From Candidatus Latescibacterota bacterium (GTDB lineage Bacteria > Krumholzibacteriota > Krumholzibacteriia > WVZY01 > JAKEHA01), in the NCBI GenBank assembly GCA_963707635.1, contig OY970173.1, positions 1,696,001 to 1,760,000 of the forward strand: a stretch of DNA of 64,000 bases, written 5' to 3'. The notes beneath the pieces were generated by a model. That model was given only the letters and a program-made list of their open reading frames with translations, searched no databases and was not told the origin of the DNA. Numbering within the stretch: the stretch's first letter is position 1; the number at the start of each line of letters is the position of its first letter. This document shows, one piece after another, positions 1 through 12,350 of the stretch. Made by a program: the position numbers and the translations under genes.

Positions 1-2
1 TC

Positions 3-512
3 GTGAACAACGCGGGGCTCGCGGCGGGCTTCGACGCGATCCAGGACGGACACTACGAGGACTGGGACGCGATGATCGACACCAACATCAAGGGCCTGTT
101 GAACGTGACGCGCGAGCTCTTGCCGATGATGATCGAGCGCGAGCGCGGCCACGTCATTAACATTGGCAGCGTGGCGGGCTACATGGTGTACCCGAAGGGC
201 AACGTGTACAGCGCGACCAAGTTCGCGGTGCGCGCCCTCACCGAAGGGATGAGCATCGATCTGTTCGGCACGAACATCCGGGTGTCGAGCGTGGACCCCG
301 GCGCCGCCGAGACGGAATTTTCGACGGTGCGTTTCCACGGCGACGACGCGCGCGCGAAGAAGGTGTACGAGGGGTTCGAGCCGCTCTCCGCCGCCGACGT
401 GGCCGACGCCGTCGTCTACGTGGCCAACACGCCGCCACACGTCAACATCGCCAAACTCGTGGTGATGCCGACGGCGCAGCGCAACCCGTACCTCATCCAC
501 CGCAAGACCTAG
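3..512 (+). CDS. SDR family NAD(P)-dependent oxidoreductase (YdfG-like), 5' truncated by window edge
   Basis: NNAG motif, catalytic Ser (GSVAG) and YxxxK (YSATK); C-terminal DPG..ETEFS.VRF.GD typical of YdfG-like SDRs. Confidence 0.9.
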   Translation: MNNAGLAAGFDAIQDGHYEDWDAMIDTNIKGLLNVTRELLPMMIERERGHVINIGSVAGYMVYPKGNVYSATKFAVRALTEGMSIDLFGTNIRVSSVDPGAAETEFSTVRFHGDDARAKKVYEGFEPLSAADVADAVVYVANTPPHVNIAKLVVMPTAQRNPYLIHRKT

Positions 513-524
513 GACTCGCGCGAG

Positions 525-920
525 ATGGTCGACGAAAACGAACTGCTGGCCCGGATCGCCGCGAAGGGGATCACCGCCGCCCGGCGGCACATCTTCCTCT
601 GCTGCGATCAGACCGAGCCCAAGTGCAGCACGCGCGAGGATTCGCACGCGTCGTGGGTATACCTGAAGCGGCGGCTGCAGGAACTGGGTCTGTCGGAACA
701 CGGGGTCGCGCGCACGCGCGCGAATTGCCTGCGCGTGTGCCGGGCCGGCCCGATCGCGGTGGTGTATCCGGAGGGGACCTGGTACCGGGGGTGCACCCCG
801 GCGGTGCTGGAACGCATCATCCAGGAGCACCTGATCGGCGGCGTGCCCGTGCGCGAGTTCGCGATCACCGAGCAGCCGCTCGCAGGCGGGCGCGTGGAAC
901 CTCAATCCGAAGGCAAGTAG
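525..920 (+). CDS. Thioredoxin-like [2Fe-2S] ferredoxin
   Basis: [13 protein letters not shown]...[19 protein letters not shown]...IIQEHL.GG pattern of Trx-fold 2Fe-2S ferredoxins. Confidence 0.9.
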   Translation: MVDENELLARIAAKGITAARRHIFLCCDQTEPKCSTREDSHASWVYLKRRLQELGLSEHGVARTRANCLRVCRAGPIAVVYPEGTWYRGCTPAVLERIIQEHLIGGVPVREFAITEQPLAGGRVEPQSEGK

Positions 921-2437
921 GCCCGCGCCAGCGATTCGAACTCGCGAACCTGCCCCTCGACCCACGCCGCATCCCGTCCCAGCGCGCGCGCCATCGCTTG
1001 CGCGACCTGGCGCGCGAGGGCCACGCTCGCGCGCGCATCCAGAAACAGCGCGCGGGTGCGTCGCGCCAGCACGTCGTCCACCCGCCGCGCCATTTCCTCG
1101 CGCACGAACCGGGTGGTTTCCTGTTCTAATGGCAGAGCTGCTCGTGTTTGGGTGCTCTGGTTGCTCTGTCCGCCGGAGTTTTCGAGCGCGTACTGCTCGA
1201 TGGGGCTCGCGGGCACGGGGCCGTTGCCGAAGGCCAGGTGCGCGGTGCGCGAGGGCCGGGGCGCGAGGCCACCCGTCTCGAGGGCGCGCGTCACCGCGTC
1301 TTCCGCCATCAAGCGGTAGGTGGTCCACTTGCCGCCCGTTACCGTGACGAGTCCGCGGGGCGACACCACCACCCGGTGGTCGCGCGTCAGCGCGGCGGTT
1401 CGCGCGTGCTTCCCGATCAGGAGCGGTCGCAGCCCGGCAAACGCGGAGCGAACGTCGGCGCGCACCGGCGGGGCCGCCAGGTAACGGGCCGCGTGGGCGA
1501 TGAGAAACTCCACGTCGTCGCGGCTCGCCGTTGGTTCGCCGACGATCTCATCGGTCGCGACGTCGGTGGTGCCGATCAGCACCCGCCCGCGCCAGGGGAT
1601 CAGGAACACCACCCGGCCATCGTCGGTGCGCGGGATCATGACCGCGTCGTCGCCGGGGAGAAACGCCCGCTCCACGACGATGTGCGCGCCACGGCTTGCG
1701 CACAGCATCGGGGCCGCCGCCGGGTCGTCCAGGCGCCGCACCGCGTCCGCGAAGACGCCGGTGGCGTTGATCACGACGCGCGCGGGGACCTCGATGGTGG
1801 CGCCGGACTCCTGGTCGACGACGCCGACCCCGGCCACGCGGCCGGAGCGGGTGAGGAAACCGGCGACGCAGGAATAATTCGCCACCACCGCGCCGAGTCC
1901 GGCCGCGGCGCGCATTACTTCGAGCGCGAAGCGGGCGTCGTCGAACTGGTCGTCGTGGTAGACCACCGCCCCGCGCAGCGATTGCGTCCGCAGCGTGGGG
2001 AGGCGAGCGCAGGTCTCGTCGCGGGAGAGGAGCCGGGTTCGCGACGAGCGCGCGCCGCCGCGGCGCGCCAGCCATTCGTAGACGCCGAGGCCGGCGCCGT
2101 AGTACGCGCGCTCGCCGGGTCGATACGTGGGAATCACGAAGGCGAGCTCGCGCACGAGCGCGGGGGCATTGCGCCGTACGAATTCCCTTTCGCGCAGCGA
2201 TTGCGCGACCAGCCCGACGTGGCCGCCGCGGAGATAGCGAACCCCGCCGTGCATGAGCTTCGTGCTGCGGCTGGAGGTCGCCCCCGCGAAATCGGCCCGT
2301 TCGACCAGCGCGGTCTTGAGTCCCCGCGCCGCCGCGTCGAGCGCGCACCCGAGGCCGGTGGCGCCGCCGCCGATGACGACGACATCCCAGGGCTCGCGCT
2401 CGCGCCGCAGGCGGTCGAGCATGTGTTCGCGGTCCAT
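902..2437 (-). CDS. glpD: FAD-dependent glycerol-3-phosphate dehydrogenase/oxidase
   Basis: GGGATG FAD motif, [41 protein letters not shown]; start set at MDREHML (ATG 2437). Confidence 0.92.
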   Translation of the reverse strand: MDREHMLDRLRREREPWDVVVIGGGATGLGCALDAAARGLKTALVERADFAGATSSRSTKLMHGGVRYLRGGHVGLVAQSLREREFVRRNAPALVRELAFVIPTYRPGERAYYGAGLGVYEWLARRGGARSSRTRLLSRDETCARLPTLRTQSLRGAVVYHDDQFDDARFALEVMRAAAGLGAVVANYSCVAGFLTRSGRVAGVGVVDQESGATIEVPARVVINATGVFADAVRRLDDPAAAPMLCASRGAHIVVERAFLPGDDAVMIPRTDDGRVVFLIPWRGRVLIGTTDVATDEIVGEPTASRDDVEFLIAHAARYLAAPPVRADVRSAFAGLRPLLIGKHARTAALTRDHRVVVSPRGLVTVTGGKWTTYRLMAEDAVTRALETGGLAPRPSRTAHLAFGNGPVPASPIEQYALENSGGQSNQSTQTRAALPLEQETTRFVREEMARRVDDVLARRTRALFLDARASVALARQVAQAMARALGRDAAWVEGQVREFESLARAYLPSD

Positions 2438-2670
2438 TCGGCCCACGTTACTCGACGGTCCGAAGCGAGTTCCAGAAAGATTGGCCGGCGTTCCGGCCGC
2501 GTTCCGGCACAAAACCCGCACCGGGGTCGCCGGACCCCAGGAGGAGTCTTCCACGCATCCGGAAGCAGGCCGTTCGCCACCTCGGGGACGGCGCTGGTTT
2601 CGATCTATTTATAACCGGTTAGCGGAATGACTTCGAGTGGGACAGCAAGCTCTGGTGAGGTGATAGCGCC

Positions 2671-3168
2671 ATGGATACTCTAGTTCGCAGAGTGCTCCGC
2701 GCAATCGGCGGGGTGCTGGTCTGCATCGCCATCTGGACCGTCCAGGACCGTCTCTCGGGTGGGGGATCGAAGTCCGCGGACGCCATCCCCGCCGAAGTCT
2801 GGGGAGGCGGGGGCAACGTCGTGACGATCGAGGCCGAGGCCAGCGCGCCTGCCTCGATCTCGGCGAGCTTCGACAACAACCGGCCGATCGACGATTCCGG
2901 CCACGAGTACCTGGAAACGTGGCAGAAACTCGACGCGGGCGTGCACACGTTCAATATCTCCGTCCCACGCGACGTCTCGGGGTCGGTGTGGCTTCGTATC
3001 GACAAGCCCGACGTGGGCGCGACCATCAAACTTGCGCTGAAGGTCGACGGCAAGCTGGTGAGCGAAGATTTCGACCGGCTCGAGGCCCCGCTCGAAGCGG
3101 GCTACGGTTTCGCCATCGGCGTCGAATTGGACGACTACGCCGGCGGCAAACTCGCAGAAGACTGGTAG
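2671..3168 (+). CDS. Hypothetical membrane-anchored protein
   Basis: N-terminal basic/hydrophobic anchor followed by a beta-rich acidic domain; normal codon bias; family not recognised. Confidence 0.7.
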   Translation: MDTLVRRVLRAIGGVLVCIAIWTVQDRLSGGGSKSADAIPAEVWGGGGNVVTIEAEASAPASISASFDNNRPIDDSGHEYLETWQKLDAGVHTFNISVPRDVSGSVWLRIDKPDVGATIKLALKVDGKLVSEDFDRLEAPLEAGYGFAIGVELDDYAGGKLAEDW

Positions 3169-3273
3169 TCACGCTGCGTAGTCATCGTGGTCCGCGCGGC
3201 CGTGTCGCGGTGATTCCGAGCGCGGAGTTCCGCCTTGTTTTGACCTGCTTCGGTGCGGTTTAATAGGCCGCGT

Positions 3274-4212
3274 ATGGACCACGAAGCTGAATCCACCCGC
3301 GCGGAACGACTCGAACGCCCGCGCGTCGAGGCGCTCGATCGTATGCTGGGTGTCCCGCAGCGAGTGCTCGACGACGGCTTCGTGCGCGTCGTCGACTACA
3401 TGGGGACCGACGAGTCCATCGTGCAGGCGGCGCGCGTGTCCTACGGCAAGGGGACCAAGAAGGTCAGCGAGGACCGCGGGCTGATTCGCTACCTGATGCG
3501 GCACCGGCACACGACGCCGTTCGAGATGTGCGAGATCAAACTCCACGTCCGCGTCCCCATGGATGCGTGGCGACAGTGGATCAGACACCGGTCGGCCAGC
3601 GTCAACGAGTACAGTACTCGCTATTCGATTGCGATCGACGCCGCGCAGACCACGCCGCCGGACCAGTGGCGCATGCAGTCGGGCGGGAACCGCCAGGGCA
3701 GCACCGGCCTCATCGACGCCGGCGCGGGTGAGGCGCTGTCGCGCGAAGAGGCCGACCTCCATCGCGAGGCGAGGCGCGTCTATGAGGCCCGCCTGGAGAA
3801 GGGGGTCGCGCGCGAACAGGCGCGCAAAGACCTTCCGCTCTCCACCTACACCGAAGCCTACTGGAAGATCGACCTGCACAACCTGCTCCACTTCCTCGCC
3901 CTGCGCATGGACGATCACTCGCAGCTCGAGATCCGCCAGTACGCGCAGCTGATCGGCGAGACGATCGTGAGCGCATGGTGCCCCCTCACCTGGGAGGCGT
4001 TCCTCGACTACCGCGTCAGTGCCTTGGTTCTCTCCTCCATCGAAACCGAGGTCGTGCGCGCGATCGCCGCGGGCGAACCGGATCGCGCGCGCGCGGTCGC
4101 GGAGCGGCACGGGTGGCTCGAGCCCGGGAAGACGGGTCTGAAGCGGAATCGGGAGCGCGAAGAGCTGGAAACGAAACTCGCGGGGCTCAACCTCTCCATT
4201 CCCTGGCGCTGA
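3274..4212 (+). CDS. thyX: FAD-dependent thymidylate synthase
   Basis: AARVSYG, H.TPFE, ThyX motif RHRSASVNEYSTRY, REQAR..LP, NLLHFL.LR. Confidence 0.97.
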   Translation: MDHEAESTRAERLERPRVEALDRMLGVPQRVLDDGFVRVVDYMGTDESIVQAARVSYGKGTKKVSEDRGLIRYLMRHRHTTPFEMCEIKLHVRVPMDAWRQWIRHRSASVNEYSTRYSIAIDAAQTTPPDQWRMQSGGNRQGSTGLIDAGAGEALSREEADLHREARRVYEARLEKGVAREQARKDLPLSTYTEAYWKIDLHNLLHFLALRMDDHSQLEIRQYAQLIGETIVSAWCPLTWEAFLDYRVSALVLSSIETEVVRAIAAGEPDRARAVAERHGWLEPGKTGLKRNREREELETKLAGLNLSIPWR

Positions 4213-4219
4213 TGTCACC

Positions 4220-4621
4220 GTGCAGGGAGAGCTCAAGCTGATAGCGCCGCGCGACCTGCTGCCGCACGAGGAAGTCGACGCGGGGCGCGTGCGGAGCATC
4301 GCCGAGGAAATCCGCTCCGCGGGAGTATTCTACCCGCCGATTCTGGTCGACGATCGCACCCGGGTGATCCTCGACGGGCACCACCGCTGGCACGCCGCCG
4401 GCGTGCTCGGGCTGCGCCGGCTCCCGTGCTACTGCGTCGACTACCGTAACGATGTGGTCGTGCGCGTGATGTCGCGCCGCCCCGAGCTCACCGTCACCAA
4501 GGACGACGTGGTCGCGACCGCCACCGAGGGCCGGCTGTACCCGCACAAGACAACGCGCCACATGTACGACCTTCCCGAGTGGATCGAGCCGGTCCCGCTC
4601 GACCGGCTGCTGAGCCCCTGA
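4220..4621 (+). CDS. ParB/Srx-fold protein, SerK/SbnI-like (minimal form)
   Basis: LLPHEE, PILV, ILDGHHRW and C-terminal TK.DV...G..YP.KTTRH motifs. Confidence 0.8.
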   Translation: MQGELKLIAPRDLLPHEEVDAGRVRSIAEEIRSAGVFYPPILVDDRTRVILDGHHRWHAAGVLGLRRLPCYCVDYRNDVVVRVMSRRPELTVTKDDVVATATEGRLYPHKTTRHMYDLPEWIEPVPLDRLLSP

Positions 4622-4638
4622 CCGCCTTTTCTCCGCGA

Positions 4639-4668
4639 TTGACACGCCGCCGCCGGCCGCGCCATGCT
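4639..4668 (+). promoter_or_regulatory. Putative sigma70 promoter for the lpoB-like operon
   Basis: TTGACA (4639-4644), 18 nt, CATGCT (weak -10); AGGAGG RBS downstream. Confidence 0.4.
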
Positions 4669-4696
4669 GTGCGCGGATTCGAGAAGGAGGACTTCG

Positions 4697-5296
4697 ATGA
4701 AGCGATTCGCATACTGGCTCGCCGCCGCCGTGGTGCTGGCGGGGTGTTCGAGCGCCCCGAAGGTCCAGCGCGTGGACCCCAACGAAACCATCGACCTTTC
4801 CGGCCGCTGGAACGACACCGACTCGCGGCTGGTTTCCGAGGAGATGATCGCCGACTGCATGTCGAAGCCGTGGAAGTCGAAGCACTACCAGGCCAGCGGG
4901 GGCAAGCAGCCGATCATCATCGTGGGCGACATCCGCAACAAGACCACCGAGCACATCGCGGTCGGCACGTTCATCGGCGACATCGAGCGCGCGTTCATCA
5001 ACTCCGGCGAGGCCGAAATGGTCGCCAGCGCCGAGGAGCGCGAGCAGATCCGTTCCGAGCGCGCGGACCAGCAGCAATACTCCAGTGAAGAGACCATGAG
5101 CAAGTGGGGCCGCGAGCACGGCGCCAACTACATGCTGGGCGGAGTGATCAACAGCATCGAGGACCAGGAGAAAGGCGAGCTGGTGGTGTTCTACCAGGTC
5201 GACATGAACCTGATCGATCTCGAGCGGAACACCAAAGTCTGGCAGGGACAGAAGAAGATCAAGAAATACGTCTCGCGGTCGTCGTACAAGCCGTGA
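4697..5296 (+). CDS. Penicillin-binding protein activator LpoB-like lipoprotein (COG3417-like)
   Basis: AGGAGG RBS, lipobox LAGC, IDLSGRWNDTDSR, IRNKT.EHI, GANYML.G.I, FYQV.M.L.DLE. Confidence 0.85.
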   Translation: MKRFAYWLAAAVVLAGCSSAPKVQRVDPNETIDLSGRWNDTDSRLVSEEMIADCMSKPWKSKHYQASGGKQPIIIVGDIRNKTTEHIAVGTFIGDIERAFINSGEAEMVASAEEREQIRSERADQQQYSSEETMSKWGREHGANYMLGGVINSIEDQEKGELVVFYQVDMNLIDLERNTKVWQGQKKIKKYVSRSSYKP

Positions 5297-6654
5297 CCCC
5301 GCGCCGCGTGGTCATCGCGGCGCTCCTGGGGGTGACCGGATGCGCCGGGTACGCCAGCTACTCGCCGCTGATCGACGAGGCGCTCGTGCACGAGGATTAT
5401 TCGGCCGCGCTCGAAGTGGTCGAGAAGATCAGCCGCTCCAATTCCGAGCTGCTCTACTGCTACGAGAAGGCGATGGTGCTGCGCGCCCAGGGCGAGTACG
5501 CGGCCAGCAACGAGACCCTGGAGCGCGCCGAGGTCCTGCTCGAGGACTTGTACACCCGCAGCGTCACGCGCGAGGTGGCGTCGCTGGCCGTGTCGGAGAC
5601 CTTCGCCCAGTACCGCGGCGACGCGTTCGAGGCGATCCGGGTCAACTACTACAAGATTCTCAATTACCTGGCGCTCGACGACGTCGACGGCGCGCTGGTG
5701 GAATGCCGGCGGCTCAACCACAAGCTGCAGATGCTCCACGACGGCGGCGAGACGTACTTCGTCGACGACCCCTTCCTGCAGTACCTGACCGCGCTGGTCT
5801 ACGAAATGGGCGGCGAGTCCGAGAGCGCGGGGGTGTCGTACCGCACCGCGGCCGCGCGCTACCAGGAACCGGCGGGCGGGTGGAGCGGAGAGGCGCCGCC
5901 GTGGCTGTACTGCGACGCGGGCGCGAACGCGCGCCGGCGCGGCGACGCCGCCGCCGCGGCGGAGTACGACTCGCTCGCGACCTGCGACGAGAACGGCGCT
6001 GCGACCGGCCGGCTCACGGTCGTGATCGAGGCCGGGCGCGTGCTCCGCAAACTCGAATCCAACCTGGTGCTGCCCATCTTCGAGAAAGACGACTGGAGCG
6101 ACCGCGATGCCTTCGCCCACGAGCTGGCGGGCCGGCGCGGCGTCGTGTACGACCATCCCAAGAAGGTGAAGTACTGGCTGCGCGTGTCGCTTCCGGTGCT
6201 GGAGCCGCGCCCGCCGGGAGTCGTGTACGCCGTGGTCAAGGCCACGCGCACGGACGGGGAGCGTGGCGGCGCGGTGGAGACCCGGACGGCGCAGGTCGAA
6301 GACCTGGACGCGCAGGCGGCCCAGGCCTTCCGCGAGAAGGAGTCGACGGTGCTGCTGCGCGCGATCATTCGCGGGCTCGGCAAATACCTCGCCTCCGAAG
6401 CGGCGAATGACAAGGACGACGCACTCGGCGCGCTGGTGAACCTGATCGGCGCGGCGACGGAGACGGCCGACACCCGCAGCTGGACGACGTTGCCCGAAGT
6501 CATTCTGGTCGCCCGGCTGAACCTGCCGGCGGGCAAGTACCGCCTCGAGGCCGACGTCGTCGACGGGCGGGGTCACACCGTGAATCGTGTCGCATTCGGA
6601 GAGGTCGACGTCCGCGCCGGCAGTTCCCGCATTCAGACCGCCCGCGCCTACTGA
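5293..6654 (+). CDS. COG3014-family TPR lipoprotein
   Basis: GTG overlaps upstream TGA; lipobox VTGC; Y.G..FE...NYY..LNYL....A.VE.RR and [11 protein letters not shown] motifs; usual partner of LpoB-like genes. Confidence 0.8.
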   Translation: MTPRRVVIAALLGVTGCAGYASYSPLIDEALVHEDYSAALEVVEKISRSNSELLYCYEKAMVLRAQGEYAASNETLERAEVLLEDLYTRSVTREVASLAVSETFAQYRGDAFEAIRVNYYKILNYLALDDVDGALVECRRLNHKLQMLHDGGETYFVDDPFLQYLTALVYEMGGESESAGVSYRTAAARYQEPAGGWSGEAPPWLYCDAGANARRRGDAAAAAEYDSLATCDENGAATGRLTVVIEAGRVLRKLESNLVLPIFEKDDWSDRDAFAHELAGRRGVVYDHPKKVKYWLRVSLPVLEPRPPGVVYAVVKATRTDGERGGAVETRTAQVEDLDAQAAQAFREKESTVLLRAIIRGLGKYLASEAANDKDDALGALVNLIGAATETADTRSWTTLPEVILVARLNLPAGKYRLEADVVDGRGHTVNRVAFGEVDVRAGSSRIQTARAY

Positions 6655-6725
6655 CGCTGGCGGGCCGGTTCCATCCACCGTATAGTGGGGCTCGTCCGAC
6701 CGGCGCCCCGGATCGATCTCGACCG

Positions 6726-8912
<2,187 letters not shown>

Positions 8913-8942
8913 GCACCGATTCCACGCGCTTGAATGTTGCCC

Positions 8943-8971
8943 TTGACATGGGTTTGTCGACGCAGTAAAGT
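8943..8971 (+). promoter_or_regulatory. sigma70 promoter of the oxidase/ACIII operon
   Basis: TTGACA (8943-8948), 17 nt, TAAAGT (8966-8971). Confidence 0.75.
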
Positions 8972-8979
8972 CGCCGGGA

Positions 8980-9003
8980 GCTTTGTGAATCCGCGCACAA
9001 AGC
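8980..9003. promoter_or_regulatory. Rex-like operator
   Basis: GCT-TTGTGAA-TCCG-CGCACAA-AGC; 12 of 14 consensus positions match TTGTGAA-N4-TTCACAA; lies just downstream of the predicted start site. Confidence 0.65.
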
Positions 9004-9064
9004 CTGCTCCAGTTCTCGTAATCACCAGTCAATCAATAAGTTTCGTGCGGCCGCCCACGCGAGA

Positions 9065-9892
9065 GTGACTTTGGAACGGTCCCGGAGAAGTCTTCTTATC
9101 GGAGTGTTGCGTCTGGCGGCCTTCGCGGCGGCCGGAGCAGCGCTCGTGGGAGTTGCGTACGGGCGCAAAGCACCCGTCGATCTCGAGGTCGGGATCTCGG
9201 AGAAGCTCGGCCAGCGCGCGGCGCAAAACCTCGTGTTCACCAGCGAGTCCGGCGACACCGTCACCCTCGCCCGCCTGATCGACCGGCCCACCCTGGTTTC
9301 TCTGGTCTACTACACCTGCCCGTCGATCTGCCGTCCCCTGCTCGACGAAGTCACGGACATGCTCGGCAAACTGCAGGCGGTGGACATGCAACCGAACCGC
9401 GACTACCGGCTGATCACCATCAGCTTCGACGCGACCGACAGCGCGGCCGGGTCGACGCGGCTCAAGGACGAGTACTACCACCGGCTCCCGGATGGATTTC
9501 CGAAAGACGCCTGGACGTTTCTCACCGCCGACTCGAGCACCATCGCGCAGTTCACGCAGTCGGTCGGATTCGGGTTCCGGAAGGCGGGCGAGGACTTCGC
9601 GCACCCCACCACGCTGCTGGTGCTCTCGCCGGAGGGCAAGATCACGCGCTACCTCACCGGCTCGGAGTATCTCCCGCTCGATATCAAGATGGCGCTGATC
9701 GAGGCCAAACAGGGCCGCGTGGGCGCAACCATCGTCAAGTTCTACAAGTTCTGTTTCAGTTATGACCCGAGCGGCCAGAAATTCGTGCTCAATTCCACCC
9801 GCGTGGTCGGATTGAGCACGCTGCTCGGGGTCGCGGGAATCGTCGTCTTCGTGACCGCCTCCGGCCGGCGCCGCGAGAAGAAGGTGCACTGA
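9065..9892 (+). CDS. SCO1/SenC family copper chaperone
   Basis: YYTCPSIC (CxxxC), conserved His (FAHP), C-terminal CFSYDP plus TM helix. Confidence 0.92.
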   Translation: MTLERSRRSLLIGVLRLAAFAAAGAALVGVAYGRKAPVDLEVGISEKLGQRAAQNLVFTSESGDTVTLARLIDRPTLVSLVYYTCPSICRPLLDEVTDMLGKLQAVDMQPNRDYRLITISFDATDSAAGSTRLKDEYYHRLPDGFPKDAWTFLTADSSTIAQFTQSVGFGFRKAGEDFAHPTTLLVLSPEGKITRYLTGSEYLPLDIKMALIEAKQGRVGATIVKFYKFCFSYDPSGQKFVLNSTRVVGLSTLLGVAGIVVFVTASGRRREKKVH

Positions 9893-9894
9893 TC

Positions 9895-11553
9895 ATGGGC
9901 AATCACGCGAACGTGGCGCGCGCGCACCCGAGCGTTCCCGACGCCGCGGACGTCGATTTCTACCACTTCAAGGGCCGCTGGTCGGGCCTCGCGTCCTGGA
10001 TATTTTCGACCGACCACAAGCGCATCGGGCTGATGTACTTGACGCTCATGCTGATCTTCTTCACGGTCGGGATGTCGCTCGGTTTCCTGATGCGTCTGGA
10101 GCTGATCGCGCCGGGCCGCACCATCGTCGACGCGCAGACCTACAACGTGTTCTTCACGCTCCACGGCGTGTTCATGATCTTCCTGTTCGTGATCCCGGGG
10201 TTGTCGGCGTCGATGGGGAACTTCATCCTCCCGATCATGATCGGAGCGAAGGACGTGCAGTTCCCGCGCCTCAACCTGCTTTCGTGGTGGCTGTTCCTTA
10301 CCGGCGCGTTGATCGCCATTACCGCCCTGTTCACCGGCAGCGGCCCGCCCGACACCGGCTGGACCTTCTACGCGCCGTACAGCATCCGCACCGGGACCAA
10401 CGTGACCCTGGCCGCGTGCGCGGTGTTCGTGCTCGGGTTCTCGTCGATCCTGACCGGGCTCAATTTCGTGACCACCATTCACCGCATGCGCGCGCCGGGG
10501 ATGACGTTTTTCCGCATGCCCCTGTTCGTGTGGTCGATTTATGCAACCGGCTGGTTGCAGGTGATCGCGACCCCGGTGATCGGGATCACGATGGCGCTGA
10601 TCATGGTCGAGCGCAGCTTCGGCATCGGGGTGTTCGACCCGGTCAAGGGCGGCGATCCGATTCTCTACCAGCACCTGTTCTGGATCTACTCGCACCCGGC
10701 GGTCTACATCATGATCCTGCCCGCGCTGGGGGCGATCTCCGACATCCTCTCGGTGCACGCGCGGCGCACGATCTTCGGCTACAAGTTCATCGCCATGTCG
10801 AGCGTGGCCATCGCCCTGTTCGGGTCGATCGTGTGGGCGCACCACATGTTCGTGAGCGGCAACAGCCTGGTGGCGAACTTCGTCTTCTCGCTTTTGACGA
10901 TGATCGTCGCGATCCCGAGCGCCATCAAGGTCTTCAACTGGGTGGCGACCCTGTACAAGGGGTCGATCCAGCTGGAGACGCCGATGCTCTACGCGCTCGC
11001 GTTCATCTTCCTGTTCATGATCGGCGGCTTCACCGGCATGATGATCGGCGTCCTCTCCGTGGACGTCCACGTGCACGACACCTACTTCATCGTCGGGCAC
11101 TTCCACTACATTCTCTTCGGCGGGCTCGGGTTCTCGATGTTCGGTTCGCTCCACCACTGGTTCCCGAAGATGTTCGGGCGCATGTACCACCAGGTGCCGT
11201 CGAAGATCGCCTGGTTCCTCACCTTCGTCGGCTTCAACGTGCTCTATCTGCCGATGCTGGTCATGGGTTGGGAGGGGATGCCTCGCCGCTACTACGACTA
11301 CCTTCCCGAGTACCAGAAGTGGCACGTGATCTCCACCATCGGGTCGTGGATCATGATCGCGGGGATCCTGACCATGTTCATCAATCTGCTCCACTCGATC
11401 AAGCACGGCAAGATTTGCACGGACCGGAACCCGTGGGGAGGTGGCCGGACGCTGGAGTGGACGGTGCCGTCGCCGCCGCCGCTCGAGAACTTCGACGAGA
11501 TCCCGATCGTCACCCGCGGCGCCTACGACGTGGCGCCGGCGGAGGCGAAATGA
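9895..11553 (+). CDS. ctaD: Heme-copper cytochrome c oxidase subunit I, A2 type
   Basis: TDHKRIG, TLHG, WIYSHPAVY (YS-H A2 signature), WAHHMF, HFHY, MPRRY. Confidence 0.97.
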   Translation: MGNHANVARAHPSVPDAADVDFYHFKGRWSGLASWIFSTDHKRIGLMYLTLMLIFFTVGMSLGFLMRLELIAPGRTIVDAQTYNVFFTLHGVFMIFLFVIPGLSASMGNFILPIMIGAKDVQFPRLNLLSWWLFLTGALIAITALFTGSGPPDTGWTFYAPYSIRTGTNVTLAACAVFVLGFSSILTGLNFVTTIHRMRAPGMTFFRMPLFVWSIYATGWLQVIATPVIGITMALIMVERSFGIGVFDPVKGGDPILYQHLFWIYSHPAVYIMILPALGAISDILSVHARRTIFGYKFIAMSSVAIALFGSIVWAHHMFVSGNSLVANFVFSLLTMIVAIPSAIKVFNWVATLYKGSIQLETPMLYALAFIFLFMIGGFTGMMIGVLSVDVHVHDTYFIVGHFHYILFGGLGFSMFGSLHHWFPKMFGRMYHQVPSKIAWFLTFVGFNVLYLPMLVMGWEGMPRRYYDYLPEYQKWHVISTIGSWIMIAGILTMFINLLHSIKHGKICTDRNPWGGGRTLEWTVPSPPPLENFDEIPIVTRGAYDVAPAEAK

Positions 11554-12332
11554 GCACGCACTCGATCGCACTCACGAGCCACAAGGACTACCGCGGGTCG
11601 AAGTTCGCCATCTGGCTGTTCTTGATCACGGAAATAATCCTGTTCGGCGGCATGTTCCTCCTCTACTCGGTCTACCGGTCCGAGTACGCGCAGGATTTCC
11701 ACCACGCGGCGGGCGAGCTGAACACGCTGGTGGGGACGATGAACACGCTGATCCTGCTGACCAGCAGCCTCACGATGGCGCTGGGCATCGCCGCCACCCA
11801 CAAGGGAAACCGCAAGCTCGCCCTGCTCATGATTGCGGCGACGGTGGTCTGCGCCGGCTGGTTCATGGTGAACAAGTACTTCGAGTGGGGCGCGAAGATT
11901 CAGCACGGAATCTACCCCGGCTCCGAGCACCTGGCCGCGTTTCCGAAGGGCGAGCAGTTGTTCTTCGGGCTCTACTTCATGATGACCGGGGTGCACGGGA
12001 TCCACGTCCTGGTCGGCATGGTGCTGCTCACGGTGATGTTCGTCCGGGTGATGAATCAACCCAACGGGAAGCTGTCCTTCGTCGCGGGCCACGGCCTGCA
12101 GCGCGCCGAGGGATGCCACCTCGCCATCGTCGACAAGGACGGAAACGCGCTCTGGAAGGGCGAGGAAATCGACAGCACCATGGAACGCATCGACGTTCAC
12201 ACCAAGTACTGGCCGGTCAAGGAGCGATTCCGGGTGGTCGACTTCAACCTGCTGGAGAACTCGGGGCTCTACTGGCACATCGTCGACATCATCTGGATTT
12301 TCCTGTTTCCGCTGTTCTATCTCATTACCTAG
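11550..12332 (+). CDS. ctaE: Cytochrome c oxidase subunit III with an inserted segment
   Basis: ATG overlaps the subunit I TGA; WLFL.TE..LFG, NTLILLTSS, TG.HG.HV..G, GLYWHIVDIIW. Confidence 0.93.
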   Translation: MSTHSIALTSHKDYRGSKFAIWLFLITEIILFGGMFLLYSVYRSEYAQDFHHAAGELNTLVGTMNTLILLTSSLTMALGIAATHKGNRKLALLMIAATVVCAGWFMVNKYFEWGAKIQHGIYPGSEHLAAFPKGEQLFFGLYFMMTGVHGIHVLVGMVLLTVMFVRVMNQPNGKLSFVAGHGLQRAEGCHLAIVDKDGNALWKGEEIDSTMERIDVHTKYWPVKERFRVVDFNLLENSGLYWHIVDIIWIFLFPLFYLIT

Positions 12333-12350
12333 TTCGCTCGGGAGGGCGTC

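Noticed and set aside
1115..1195. AT-richer, Gln/Ser-rich stretch inside glpD as a possible insertion element
   Set aside because: In frame, short, no terminal repeats; falls in the variable linker of the GlpD C-terminal domain
10284..11549. Long N-terminal extensions in the ORF track for coxIII (likewise rplM, pyrH, gatA, mce, BCCP)
   Set aside because: They overlap upstream genes out of frame; real starts are marked by an RBS, coupled stop/start codons or the start of family similarity
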